From Psilocybe cubensis (taxonomy: Eukaryota), in assembly GCA_017499595.2 (NCBI GenBank), contig JAFIQS020000014.1, positions 248,001 through 272,020 of the forward strand: DNA of 24,020 bases. Reading direction: 5' to 3'. The notes under the pieces were generated by a model that was not told where the DNA came from, did no database searches, and saw only the letters and a program-made list of their open reading frames with translations. The position numbers were made by a program, and so were the translations under genes. Below are positions 1 to 12,700 of this stretch, piece by piece; position 1 is the first letter of the stretch, and each line of letters starts with the position of its first letter.

Positions 1-706
1 CTCACGAGCAGCCCCGCCTATGCGCGATGCTGCTCCCCCACGTGTACTTAATCACTATAATATCTAATTTGTATTTTCGAGCACTCTGTACGCCCGAGCG
101 CGAACAGAGTGCCTCCGTCGCTATTCCAAACTGTTTCTCGCGAATCATTGGACAAGTTTCATGACCCTTGGGCGCCTATCAAATCGTCACGGCGTCCACA
201 CGCACCTACCATAACTCTTCCATGACAGTCGAAGAAAGAACTAACATCATGTCCTTGAATGTCCTTAAATGTCTTGGAGAGTCGAATGCACCACAGCAAA
301 TGCTCAGTGTTCAGTGCAACGCACATCATGCAAGCGCTTATTATAATGCTCAGCAGGTGCGAGGCCGGTGAGGCTATAGCACCTGACAACGCCCATCAAT
401 CACCCCTGTCTCATCTCAGGTCTCCGGTCACGGGCACGCTTACATACACCGGCACCTCCGCTTCCCCTGTACCTTTCCTCTCCTCGAGGCTCGAGGGCTG
501 GAGAGTCGAGTCACCATCTCCATCTCTAACCTATCTTCGACGGCTGGTCCAGAGAAGTTATCCGTTTCGATTTTTCTTGGAAGCGTTGACCGTTTCCCGG
601 ATATTCGAATTGCGAAAAAACATTAACGCCCGGCGCGTTTTTCTTTTTTTTGCTTGTGACCTACACCTACCCTGACGCCAGGTGCGCTGGTTTGTGATTC
701 CTAACG

Positions 707-3370
707 ATGAGAGTGGGAATGGGATGTGTTATGTGAGTGCTGTACTTTCGTTTGCCAGCATTTCGTCCGCGATCGCCATCATCGACAGCTTTTACTACTT
801 CCACTACCATTTGCCCCCTAGTACCGTTACCTTCTCTCTAACCTTCTCAATGCTCTCAGGAGACCACTATACAATTCCTCAAAATCAAACTTAAAGTCAC
901 AATCTCAATCTACGCCCAAATCCAAATGTACAACCCATATACTGACGAAACTAACGACCTCCTTCCTCTTCGCACTAATACTCCTCTTCCTCTTCCTCCC
1001 ACTCACATCCGCGCTCATCTTAACCGTCCAACCACTCACGCTCACCGGCACACCCACACTCGTCGGCTGGACGCTCGAGCCCTCAGATGCCGACACGCAG
1101 ACCTTGGCCGACGCAGCGGGGGTGTTCGACTTGCGGTTCGTGCAGAATGATGCGGATGTTGGGCTTGCACTTCCTGGCGTGCAGACGCAGACGCAGGATG
1201 GTCAGCAGGATGGGGGGCAGAGTGGGACTGTGATGGTTACGTTCCCGCAACCTGGGTGAGTTTGCGTTTGTGCTGCTTCTTGTATTGGAGTTGGGAGTCT
1301 TTGGCCTCGTCGCTGCATCGCTGACTTTGCAAAATTTTGTTTTATTTTTGTGGAGTAGGAACTATACCCTCAAAGCCGTCAGTGGGTAAGCCGCGGTCCT
1401 TTGCCATACTCTACAGCGCTACTGTATCCCGTATACTTACCTTTTCCATTTCTCCTCGCGGAGCCCCAGCAACACGCTCATCGGCACGAGCAACCTCGTC
1501 GAAGCTGTGAACGCTACGACCGTCTTGCCTACGGTTACAGTCACCTTGTGAGTTACATCCTACATCCTACATCCTATCTACTCTCTTTTGTATATGGTTG
1601 GTCAAACCCTGATCAATGATTGTTGGTAGTACGACGACGACGCTTGGCAGTGCGACTGCGAACTCTGATACAAGTGCGAGTTCGAGGTGTGTACTAATTT
1701 ATTACACTGATACTGACAATACCATTAACCTTACCTATCTGCGTTTCCCTTCCATTTCCATCCATCCTCGAATTCAACATTCGAATCGATATCGCCTACA
1801 ACGCACATATCTTACACCACCGTCCAGAACCCCGCCCCCCAACCACAACCGCAGCTCACCTAACATCCCCGCCATTGTCGGCGGCACGATTGGCGGCCTT
1901 CTTCTCCTTGCACTCTGTGGTGTGCTTTATGTATTTATGTCCCGGCGCAGGAGGAGGATGGCGACGGAGGCGCGAAGGAGGACATTTCATCGGGATATGA
2001 TGGTGCAGCGCCGCGCGGGTGGTGGTGGTGGTGCGGGTACGGGGTTGGTGTCGCAAGGACCGGGTGTTGGGGGTGGGGGTGCCGCTCCAACTGCGAATGG
2101 GAATGTAAATGTCAATGAGGAAGGGAGCCGTGTAGGAGACGAACCTAGGCACGATATACCAGCACCCGCGCCTCCCGCTCTATTACCTCCAGCAGACCCG
2201 CCCGTACCCACAACCCGCGCATCGGACCTACCCTGTGTCCTCCCCGCACTTTCATTCTGGTCATGGACAGGAACAGGCTCCAGCTCGATCTCTATCGCAG
2301 GAGGGAACGATTCCAGCGACGTCGAGTCGCAATCCCAATCCATCTCCCGCGGTCTTTCTAGCGCCAACGATATGGAGCGCGGGTTTGCTGGTGCAGGGTT
2401 TCCCGGGAACCTTGGAATCGCATCAGGGCTCGGCCTTGCACCAGGAGGGGGCACCACAACGGATCGCGGGATACCGTCTATCAATGGGAGAGCACCGCCG
2501 CTGGGTACAGGACACATCGTACCCTCGCCCAAGGGCCCTCGTGGACCAGCGAAGCATGGGGGTGCAGCGGACGGCGATGTGTACACCCCTGCTCAGCCGA
2601 CGCCGTTTGTTTCGCAGCTTCCGTTCCAGAGCGTGTCGTCGCCACAATTGCCCAATTCAGCTGCAGCTGTAGCGACACCACCAACATCAGCTACAGTCGC
2701 TCTCGCACGTGCGCAGACGACTACAGGCGCGTCAGGCACTAGCGCGACGCCCAAGAGAGGCCGCGGCAACTCGATCACGCGCGCCGTCACCTCGCGCCCG
2801 GCCCGCCTCCCCACCGCCCTATCCTCTCTCACCATCCCACCTCCATCCCCCATCTCATCCATACCCCCCTCTCCCAGCATCCCCATAACCCCGACCGTCC
2901 CACCCAACGCGCCCCCGCGCACCCAGCGCCAAGCCGAGATCGCCGCGCGCATCGACATGCTCTCCGCGCAGATGGTCGAGGTCGTGCGTGCGCAGCGCGA
3001 CGCGCGCGCGGGGCGGTTCGATGCGGCGCGCGAGGGGAACAGATGGAGTATGCGCGAAGATGGGAGTGTCGTGCTCTCTCCTGTGTCGCCGCAGTCTGGG
3101 TTTGGTCCTGTGGTGTCTCCGACGGGGACGGGAGTGAGGGCGAGTGTCGGCGGCGCAACGATGAACACGACAACGACGACGATGACAAATTCGGAGACGG
3201 CGACGACGACGAGCGGATCGGTGAGCACTGTTACGATGGCCAGGTACGATGCTGTTCTGGCGGAGATGCAGAGGGAGATGGTGTGGCTGCGCGACACGGA
3301 GCATTCAGCGTGGGCGATGGGCCTTACGGAGGTGCGCCCGCCTGGCTGGGCGCGATATATGACGCCGTGA
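707..3370 (+). CDS. Single-pass type I membrane protein (hydrophobic N-terminal signal, small extracellular beta domain, Ser/Thr-rich stalk, TM helix, long Pro/Ser-rich cytoplasmic tail); Mid2/WSC-like architecture
   Basis: Hand-built model: exons 707-732, 860-1255, 1359-1385, 1470-1547, 1630-1686, 1828-3370 (2127 nt, open frame, GT..AG introns). Hydrophobic stretch FLFALILLFLFLPLTSA; TM IPAIVGGTIGGLLLLALCGVLYVFM followed by RRRRR. The start could be ATG 707, ATG 719 or the split AT|G at 731/860. Confidence 0.8.
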
Positions 3371-4013
3371 GCATAGAAACGAAGGTTGTAGCTGGAGGTT
3401 TGGAGGGGTTGATTTTGTACTTGTTCGACTTTGTACTGTACTGTATACTGAAGTACTGACGATTTGATTATGAGGATGGATTGTGTTTGTTGGTGCGTTT
3501 TATGAAGATGGTGTTGGAGGATAAAATTTTTAATTTATCTCATCTCTCGTATGCAAATTGTGTTGGGTGTATTAATGAAAGGCCAAGTAAATGCGAGAAG
3601 ATATAGAAATCTATAGAACACCCATGAGATCCACTCTTGATAAGTTGATATTAAGTCTCCAAAGTGTGGGTAGCTTCAAAAGATTTGTGCTGGTTTAGAT
3701 GATGTCCCGATGTTGGATGACCTCTTAAACATGAATTTTGAGCGCTTAACATAAGATAGAACCCCAACTGCCAAACGTCAAATTCTTGTCTTTTCTCACA
3801 CAAAGTGCAGTAGCTACTTAAATACAAATGATCTTTATACAATCGTCCCCTGAAATTTGAATGAACGTGCGTAATAGTACACTATATACAACAATGTCCG
3901 TAGTATACACAACCTTAAATTGTTCACCTCTCTTTAAATCCAGCAACAATCCTCCTCGAGAACCTTAGCGTTACATCTCAAAGGAAAGCTCAACCTCCAA
4001 ACCAACCCCATGC

Positions 4014-5760
4014 TCAAACCTCATACGAATATTCAAACGGCAGCGTCTTCTCCCCATTAGCATTGTTCTTCCCCTTGCCCTTCCCAATTCCCTTCCCAAT
4101 CCCAATGCCCTTCGTCCTCTCCTTCTCCTCCGCCCCCCAAGGCTCCTCCGGGGCGGTATGGAACGACACCACCACCTCGCCGCCCGTCGTCGTGTTCGTC
4201 GCGTGTGTCCGGGTCCCGCTGCGGTTCTGCGACTGGTATTGGAATTGTAGGCCCGAGAGCTTGGATAATACTGGAGATACGGATTTGGTGCCTCCTACAG
4301 TCGGGCAGAGTACGGTGTGCGCGATTATGAGGGTTGGTGTCATACCCTACCACCATAACAAAGAAAAAGCGTAAATAAAAACTGGGAAGCAAAATAAAAA
4401 CAAAAAAACAAAAACACGCACCGCAGCGAAAATGAGCACGAACGATACGTAAGTATTGGCGTTCGCCACGGCCGACCCGAACGCATGCGGGCTCATCACG
4501 GACAACAGCGTCGTGATCGCGCTTACGAGGAGCACGAGCGCGTACACCGCGCCGGACTCGATGCACAGCACACCGACGCGTGCGAACCACGCGCCTATCC
4601 GCGCTAGCACCTTCCTCGGCGCGCTCATCGGCTTCGACGCCGCTTTCCCTTTCATTTTCTCTGGTGGAGATGCCGGGAAGTTGCTAGAGTCCACCTGCGA
4701 TAAAGACGACGCAGCAGAGTTGCAGACCAATCTATACCAAATCAAAAACGCCGTGATCGCCGTAGCCCCGAGCGACACGAACGCAGCGGCCGCTTTCGCA
4801 TTTCCCGCTGTGTTCCCGGCGCTCGTCGCGTCCAGCTCGTCCAGCAGCGCAAACTGCTGCGCGAGGGCGGTCGCCTTGGGGAGAGTCAATTTATTATGGG
4901 TGATGGTTGATAAAATGGCGGTGATGTTCGAGGTGATGCGCGCTGTGAGGGCGTGGGAGATGGAGGAGAGGACGGTGCTGGTTATGAAGAGGGCTGGAGG
5001 GGAGGTGGTAAGCGGTGTTAGAATTTGGAGCAGCTGATTGGAAGTGTGTTAAACTAACCTGTTTCTGCGACCAGCAGGCCGAGAGGGATGAAGATGATAC
5101 GCAATGACTGCCCCCATATCATATAACATCTCCATATCTACAAAGCGCATAAATAAAATGAATAACCAACACCCAACACCAAAAAAGTGTCAATCTCACC
5201 AAAAATCCATCGGCCAACACAACCGCCATCCAACCCATCACCTGCCCGAGCGCCCATACGCTCTGCGACCCGCCCGTAAGCACCGACAGCACAATGCTCA
5301 GCCGTGTGTCACCGTTGGTGACGACGGCCAGATTGAGCGCGTACCACGCGACGATGCACTGTGTGCCGCAGAATATGTAGAGCAGTGTGAGTGCACATGT
5401 CACCGCGCGGCGCGCTCTGGAAAAGGGGATTCGCGTCACTTAATATGTGCAATGCGATTAATACCAATTTCCTCGGAACATGGGGCACGGAGGCGGACGT
5501 ACTGTAGAGGTATAATGTACCAGCATAGACCATCGTGTATAGCCCTACAGACCGCAAAATCTCAGTCCGAGACGGTAGGTTTATTACTCCAGTTGCACAG
5601 TACCAATTAGAAAGTTGAACAGCATCGCAGAGTTCAGGCAGGCGCTGATAATGCCTTCTTGGACATCGGTCTGGAAGAAACCCAGTGGAGAAGGTGCCGA
5701 CTGGGATGGAGACGGTGAGGAAGAGGGAGAGGGAGACGAGGAACTATCTGTGCCAGACAT
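4014..5760 (-). CDS. Multi-pass (about 7 TM) membrane protein of an agaricomycete-expanded family of unknown function
   Basis: Exons 5760-5604, 5544-5503, 5438-5200, 5137-5059, 4993-4422, 4346-4014 (1422 nt, open frame). Family-type motifs LNSAMLFNFLIGLYTMVY, LADGFL|IWRCY, IESGAVY, GMTPTLII. The model joins ORF-track pieces 5119..5439, 4347..4889 and 4014..4343. Confidence 0.82.
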
Positions 5761-7488
5761 GATAGGGTCGGACTAATCAGAATCCCAGGGGAGGGGGAGG
5801 GGGGCAACAGGCAAACCAGGAACGACAAGAAAAAAAGGAAGCCTATCCATATTCCAAACGTCCTCTCTATATGTATAACACATACGAGTATGGATTCAGG
5901 CTATCAGCGAAACATATCCGCCTCATCATCATTCATTCATTATCGCCGTCGCGACTTGTAACGATACGCCTCAGAATTGGGAACGCGAGCCTCTCCCACG
6001 TCTTTATTTTCGCGTCATTGCCATGGGAGTAGATCACGTTGTTCCGCGCACTGAGCCTTCCCCGTCTCTACACGCCCTATCTCCTCCTGCGACGTCACGG
6101 TGCTGCGTATATGTGTTGCGCACGTTGGGTGGATACGCGGAGATGATCACTTTGACTGAACAGTGCTCCTGGATCGTACTGACGGGTCGCTGATTGAATG
6201 TGTCTTCCTTCTTCCCGTCATACTCTATCGGATCTGTGATGACGACGACGAACAGACTCCAGTGATCACCATCGTAGTTCATTGTGCACATTTGAATTCA
6301 GTCTGAGAGGATAAATATAGGTCTTGATATTGTGCATCAATCATAGCGGATACCAGGAGGATACTAACGAAATTGTATCGAAGCTATGCATGCAGATAGC
6401 TTTGAATTAAGGCCTTCTCGGTTACATGACATTGTCAATGGAGTGTGGGGGAAATCTATGGTATTCATACAGTCTATCAGAAGAAAGAATAAGTATGTTA
6501 CATTGAATCCCCCTTGACCGTCTGATCCAGGACTGATGTATTGACAATCTATCGTCAGACTCCCAAGAAATAAAACGTGATGAGTATTAAACATGACTTT
6601 TACTTTGTTTCGAACTTCACAGCTTCATGTAGCTTGATACTCCCTCATAAAAGCTGTGGCCATGTTGTCTGAAATGATACTCCCACTGCTGGCACTACGA
6701 GCTATTACGAGTTGCAATATCAAATCAACTCACCATGGAAGTGAGTTGCTCGGCGACTACTTCTCGACGGCCTGCACTTACTTGCTTTTCACCAGGAGCT
6801 CCCTGTATTTGACCTACTGGTGGAGATGGAGGATTCGTGGGAAGCTCCCCTATATGCATGTCCAGATTTGGCGTATTTGAGGCCTAAAAGCCGTGATTTC
6901 ATTGTCCATTTTTGGCGGACTTGAGGGGGATAAAACCAATTTAGGCAAATAGTTCGTAAAATCTGTGGCAAATCAAACTACAAGTGATCCGAGTGATCCG
7001 TAGAGGCGAAAAGCTTACCCATTTGTCAGGTTTGTCAGGTTTATTGTCCAATTCGGGAATTTTAAATCCAAAATCCCCCGGATTTCAGGGGAAAATCGAG
7101 GACCGTATGTCTGAAAAATTGAGGTCAGAGGCGACATGTCTATAGGAGCGCTTCCCGGGGCCTATACATAGGGACCTTTCAACTATGCAAGGTACCACCG
7201 TTTCGGGATAAAAACGAATATAAAATAAGTTAAAAGGTGCAGGTATAGATTCTTACATTAAGCCAGCCTGTATTTCTACCCACATCCAAAGCTATCAGGC
7301 GCCTCCAAGGTCCAGTATTGGTCTTTTTGGGAAACGCCGTATTCCAATACAATCCAACGAGTTTAAATTTACTTAAACAAAAAGGAGCGCAGTCCCCGGG
7401 CTGGTGTCATATTTTGAGAATTCAAAGGCGACGGCAATACAAGGCGACCGATAGCACACCAAGTCCTCCAACTCCAATGCATCCCTGA

Positions 7489-9003
7489 TCATCGTCGTCG
7501 TTGCGTGGGCGGCGGGGGTGCAAGTTCCGATCTCATTGGGGACTCAAACGGGGGCCGAGCCTGCGTTTGAACCCACTCGAGAACGTGTTGCTGTGCTTGC
7601 GAAACAGGTTGCGTCGGCGACTGAGACGGATACGGATTTTGTAGCATCTGGTGAAGTGGCGAGTTTATTGGAGGTAGATTGGCCTGTTTCGTTGATGGCC
7701 GTGGGCCCTTCGGAGAGGGCACAATGTGGCCCGTCCCGAGCGCTGCTTTAGGATGGGTGAATGCATAGCCCGTGTCTACGCCCGCTGAACCAGCCCCGAA
7801 TTCTCCCTCCCAGCCAAGCTTCTCAACGTCAGTACCACGCGTAGATTCGCCATCCACCAACACAGCTCTGTTGTCTGTGGTATGGAGGTGGCTTCCGCGG
7901 TTCGATCCCTTCTTGGAGCCAAAGATTGAGGATCCAGGTATCCATGTCGATGGTGGTGATCTCGGTACCCGGTGCTGGACCATCAAGTCTCGGTCGAAGG
8001 TAAGCCGCTTCATGGTAGTTTGCCGCCGGCGTCGGAAAAAAATGAGAAGGAAGATCAGGAGGCTCAGACCAACAAGTCCACCTATGACACCGCCCACTAT
8101 GGCAGCTGTTTTGTAATGGCTACCCTTGTCGTCAGGTTGTCTGTAAAAAGGAATTCTCAGCACGAGTCCATATGAGTTCAATGGTATTTGGGGGGTTTAG
8201 AAGAGATAATAGCAGAATCCAGATGACGGTCATAGAAACATACGGGACAAGTGTGGACGGTCCATTGGACATATTACTTGTAGTGAAATCGCAAAAAAAG
8301 AAGAGGTGGTATATCAAAGATAGTGATTCCTCTCGTATATCAGAGGTTGGTGGGTTCGGCGATGGGCCGATAGATATACCATCGCCACCGCAGTACTCCA
8401 ACGTAAACCAATTTAGAAAAGATACTTACTCGGTTACGGTGCACTGACTTCTTGCAATAGTTTTGTCCCTTAATAATCGATTTGAGACATGGTCCTCATT
8501 TCTCACTATGAAATAGGCTACTCGTACCCTTGAACAGCAGTGAAGGTGTGGGTTCTAACCAACAGCAAGAAAAATGTTGTATCAGTAAAACTAAAAATTT
8601 ATAATAGGCTATAAAGAGCAATACAGATGTTTGAACGAAGAGCGAACCACTCACCCAGTTTGATTAAATGTTATATTAAAGTGGCCTTTTTGGTCGTGAA
8701 GATGTACGACTTTGGCAAGATGTGGTTTCTTAGTTTTTTGGTGCACAAAAGATATGTTGACCAATTGGCTCCCATCTTGGTGTTCATTGTGGTCAACCCC
8801 CCATCCAATTTTGATATTTGTGTGAACGGGAACTGTAGAATCAAGCTTGATATGGAAGCAGGAGACACTGGAAAAGAGGTAGAAGTGCAAAGAAATGAGT
8901 CTGCAGCACAAAAAGGTCAAGGTCAACGATTTGATTCCAAAACGTTAAAAACGGGTGTACAATGTTTATGATGTAGGATTACTCACAATAGTAACCATTT
9001 CAT
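7489..9003 (-). CDS. Single-pass type I membrane protein, paralogue of the 707-3370 gene
   Basis: Exons 9003-8987, 8900-8655, 8554-8528, 8468-8430, 8276-8244, 8140-7489 (1014 nt, open frame). Spliced signal peptide MKWLLLLISLHFYLFSSVSC; TM AAIVGGVIGGLVGLSLLIFLLIFF followed by RRRR. Tail motifs TFDRDLMVQHR and LGTGHIVPSPKGPR are shared with the 707-3370 gene. Confidence 0.82.
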
Positions 9004-9519
9004 CCTTCCAGCACCAGGCGGAAACTGACAGAAGCGTGTAACCTGCACCACTAAGAACCAAAGAAAGATAAATCAACAACCGCACCAGGCGTCGACGTAG
9101 ACTTTTGAAGAAGACGAAGAGTGGCGTCAAGCTCTCCGACCCAGCGTTCGTCGATCGAAACAAAGAAGGGAGGAAAGTGGGTGGGATATCCGCAAACCTG
9201 CTTAGTTGATATCTGTGTTACACAGTTTCAATCTGGATATTGATGGATGGTTGTCAGCACACTTTGAAAGATCACAGCCTTCAACGTCTGAACATCCAGA
9301 GTGGAGATCATCAAAAGATGGCGAACCTGATGCTGACCATTCCTTAGACTCCATTCGAATGATAGTGGCATCGAAAAGAGGAGCGTTGTGCAGAGCACTG
9401 ATTGAAATGGTATTTTGTATTTTACTGGGAAACTGTATCATTGAGTGGAGGGGCATTGCAAAAGCACTTGTCAGCTAGTTCCGTTGTAAGCAGCAGATTA
9501 AAACAAAGTGTGTAAAATG

Positions 9520-9660
9520 AAACCTGGCACGACGTAACCTTACGTCTCCGGGAGGGCCGATGAATCGGCGGATTTCTTCCTACATTGAGACCGCCGGTAT
9601 CCTTCGTCCTTCCATGATGCCTGGACTCTTTAAGTGCCTGGACTCTTTAAGTCCAGGTTT
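9520..9660. other. Cluster of short hairpins and a 17-bp tandem duplication downstream of the Rep-helicase gene; candidate Helitron 3' terminal structure
   Basis: Hairpins GACGTAA-cc-TTACGTC (9531-9546), GCCGAT-ga-ATCGGC (9556-9569) and CCTGGACT-cttta-AGTCCAGG (9637-9657). Tandem TGCCTGGACTCTTTAAG at 9618-9634 and 9635-9651. Outer inverted pair AAACCTGG (9520-9527) / CCAGGTTT (9653-9660). Confidence 0.6.
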
Positions 9661-9708
9661 AGGGTGGTAGCATTTTTCTATAAAAGGAAATAGGTGGTCT
9701 CGTTCGGT

Positions 9709-12700
9709 CTAGATTGGTCTAGATTGTTCGACGTCGGACTTCGCTATGTTGTCCAGTCTGTTTAACTCGTTGCGCAGTTCTTCAGGTAACCGATTGTATA
9801 TTTTATTCTCAGGGAACCATCGTAGAACTAGTAATCCAGATATGGATTTTACTCTGGAGAGCATTACATATGCACCTTGACCTCTTGCCGTTAATAAATC
9901 AACAATTACCCTATCAAGTGTGCGACCTTGTCCTTTATAGTCTGTGTACGCATACGCTGGTATTAGTGGGACTTGTTTCCGTGTAAAGCTGTCAAACAAT
10001 TTGATATGCTTTTGGTATTTAACATCTATTGAAGTCGAAGAAGGGAAAATTGGAACAACATCTTTTTCTAGCCCGTCTACTTGTATTCCACAACCTTTGA
10101 CGTGTACATACACAGCTTTGCAGTATCGACGGTATTTCTCGTCCACTTCATATTTTATGTCTGTGACTATACCCTCAGTGCCATTGACTATTTTATCATC
10201 GAATGCAATGTTTTCTGTTATCATTACTTTCATTCCAATGAAAAGAGGTAGTTTTCCAAGGGCGTCGTTTGTTTTTGTTGAAGGTAGTCTCCATAATATC
10301 TGTTGGAACTCACCTGTAATCCTTTTTTTGTGTCTCTCATCTCGTGAATAGTATATATGTGGTGATATATTTGCTTTTGTTGAATGGTACTTGATTAGCT
10401 TGGCATTCAGGATGTCTCGTACGGCCTTGTTGCCTACAATGATAGGTGCATCTCTGAACAATGCTAGTGTTTTTGGATTAGAAGCCTGTTTCTGGATAAG
10501 TCTGTTATATATATAATGGTAATCTGACTGTTCATTGTCACTTTTAATATTGTTAATATTACTTCTGCAGAGGCCCAATCTTAGTCTATCAAGAAAAAGG
10601 GCATACTTTATGTCTCTTGCGTGTCTTTCGTTTTTGACTAGTTGTATCACTGTTTTTACTTGTCTCCATAGAAATGCGCCATTTAGTTGTGATGGTCCTG
10701 ACACGTTCCGAGCTTCTGCAAAAGACGGGTTCTTCACCAATTCATTTGCATATAATGGCTTTTGTAGAGGGGGTTTTAGTTGTGCGCAGTCGCCCATAAA
10801 TATTACATTAATTCCTCCGAATGGTTTATTGCTGTTAACGACGTCATCTCCTTTCCCTTGCCTAATTCTGATAGAGATTTCACTGAGGAATTTTGCGCTT
10901 ATCATTGAGGTCTCGTCTATTATTAAAGTTTTTATGTATTTCCAAATTTGAATTAGTTTAAGTTTATTGGGTTTTGCTTGTGACTGATTTGCATGAGATA
11001 CTATCAGTGAGTGTAGTGTTTGTCCTCCGATCAGCACTGCCGCTATTCCGGTCGGTGCTCCTAATAATAACTCATTCCTGCGATGCAAGCGCTCGAATAA
11101 CATAATCAGACATTTTATCAAATGGGATTTACCTGTACCGCCAACGCCTGCAATATGAATCAGCAACTGTTCCTTGTTGTCGGTTATGATATGGTTACCG
11201 ATGATTCGGAACGCCTTTAGCTGTTCTGGGTTATTTAAAAGTCCCATTTCTTCTGCGATGTTGTTCATGGTGTCAGTGTCTGTTATTGAATTGTAATTAT
11301 GACTTAAATCATACAAATCCTGGAGTATAGCTTGCTTGGCAATAGGTGCATAGTTCCCATTGCGATATCGTTTGGGTGGCGTAGTTATGTCGTCTGTGTC
11401 GGGTTCATGTAGCATTGCACGTTTTCTTTTTGATTTCATGATGGCGCGATGGCTTGCTAACAGATCATCCACTTCATGTGATGTTAGAGTTTGTTGGTTT
11501 ACTGGAACTGATTTTTGATATTCCGTGTCCACAGCAGTTTCCGTTGTATCCAGTGGGAGACACATGTCTAGAAATCTTGAAGTTTCCTCTCCTATGTTAT
11601 CTATGGAGTCGTGTAAGTTTGTTGTAAAGTCTTCGTTGGGGTTTTCAATGCATTGGAAGGGATCTGGAGAGTATACATCGTTAGGGTTGAGGGTGTCTGT
11701 ATTACCTTCCGTGTCTGTTAATATTATATCCTGTACTTCATCGGACACTACATCCTCGGATGTTTTTCCACGTCTGCGCTGCCTGTGTGCGTCGCGGGCC
11801 TCGCTACATTCTGTCAAAGCTTGCATGTTCTGTATGATGCGCGTGTGTTCTAGTTTCATTGATATCTCGTAGTTATGAAATGCGTCTGTCCATGTTTCTG
11901 ATGGGGTCTTTAAATCTGATATATCCCTCCACGGTTTGAAGAGGAGTAACATGTCCCTTGCCCAGTCATCTTTTAGTTGATCAGACTTCAATGGATTCGG
12001 AATAGAAGGGCCTAGTATAATTGGTATACAACTTTTTCTTCTGATTGTCATATAATGGGTGAAATACTCAGGGTGCTCGTCGTTTAAGAATGATCCTGGA
12101 CGTACTGCTGTTTCAATGTGTAACATTTCTTTGGTATACCGTTGTTTGATACCCCATGCTACAAAGTCATACAAACACAAATCTATGAATTTGTCGTTCG
12201 CTGGTCTTAAACAATAGTCCAGTCGTTGGTTGGACGCCGTTATGTCTCTGTCACCCATATTTAACTCAACTGACTCTTCGTTTTCTTGTTCGTTGGTATT
12301 GCTTACGTCGTCTAATGTGCTGTTGTTGGGCGTCTGATTGGATTTAGTGTGATGAGACATGCAAAACCTTCTTATACTGTGCCATTTGAGTATAGCAAAT
12401 TTGTGAGATGTGTAGTGGTCGCCTCCGCCTACTAGATAGCTCATTACTTGTGGTTGTGATATTTCCTGTCTGCCCATCATACTATTAACAGCTGTTATGA
12501 TGGCACCCACTGTTTGATTGTCTGATATTTCTGATTGATTTGCGGACATTTTGCTGTACGCTTTACTTACAGCATACGACAACGCGGCCATACCTGCATG
12601 AACTGGTAGAGATGCCTTTGTTATATAATCAGTAACATAGTACAAGAACGCTTTTGCTGCATCTCCTGACCCTACGAATTTAATGTCCATGTTGCACTGC

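Noticed and set aside
1856-3459. Several long overlapping or antisense ORFs
   Set aside because: Shadow ORFs of the GC-rich final exon of the 707-3370 gene; no recognisable motifs.
6034-7370. Short ORFs and 9-bp tandem doublets (AGTGATCCG, TTTGTCAGG) in the intergenic region
   Set aside because: Could be decayed gene or transposon debris, but nothing assignable and no TIR or TSD found.
7405-7417. 13-bp match TGTCATATTTTGA also found at 21911-21923, considered as a TSD or shared remnant
   Set aside because: No terminal structure adjoins either copy and flanking similarity is patchy; compatible with chance.
9475-9478. CTAG as a canonical Helitron 3' end
   Set aside because: On the element strand it is followed by C rather than T, and there is no hairpin about 10-12 nt upstream.
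9520-9660. Hairpin cluster as a hammerhead ribozyme or tRNA
   Set aside because: No CUGAUGA...GAAA core and no tRNA cloverleaf or T-loop on either strand.
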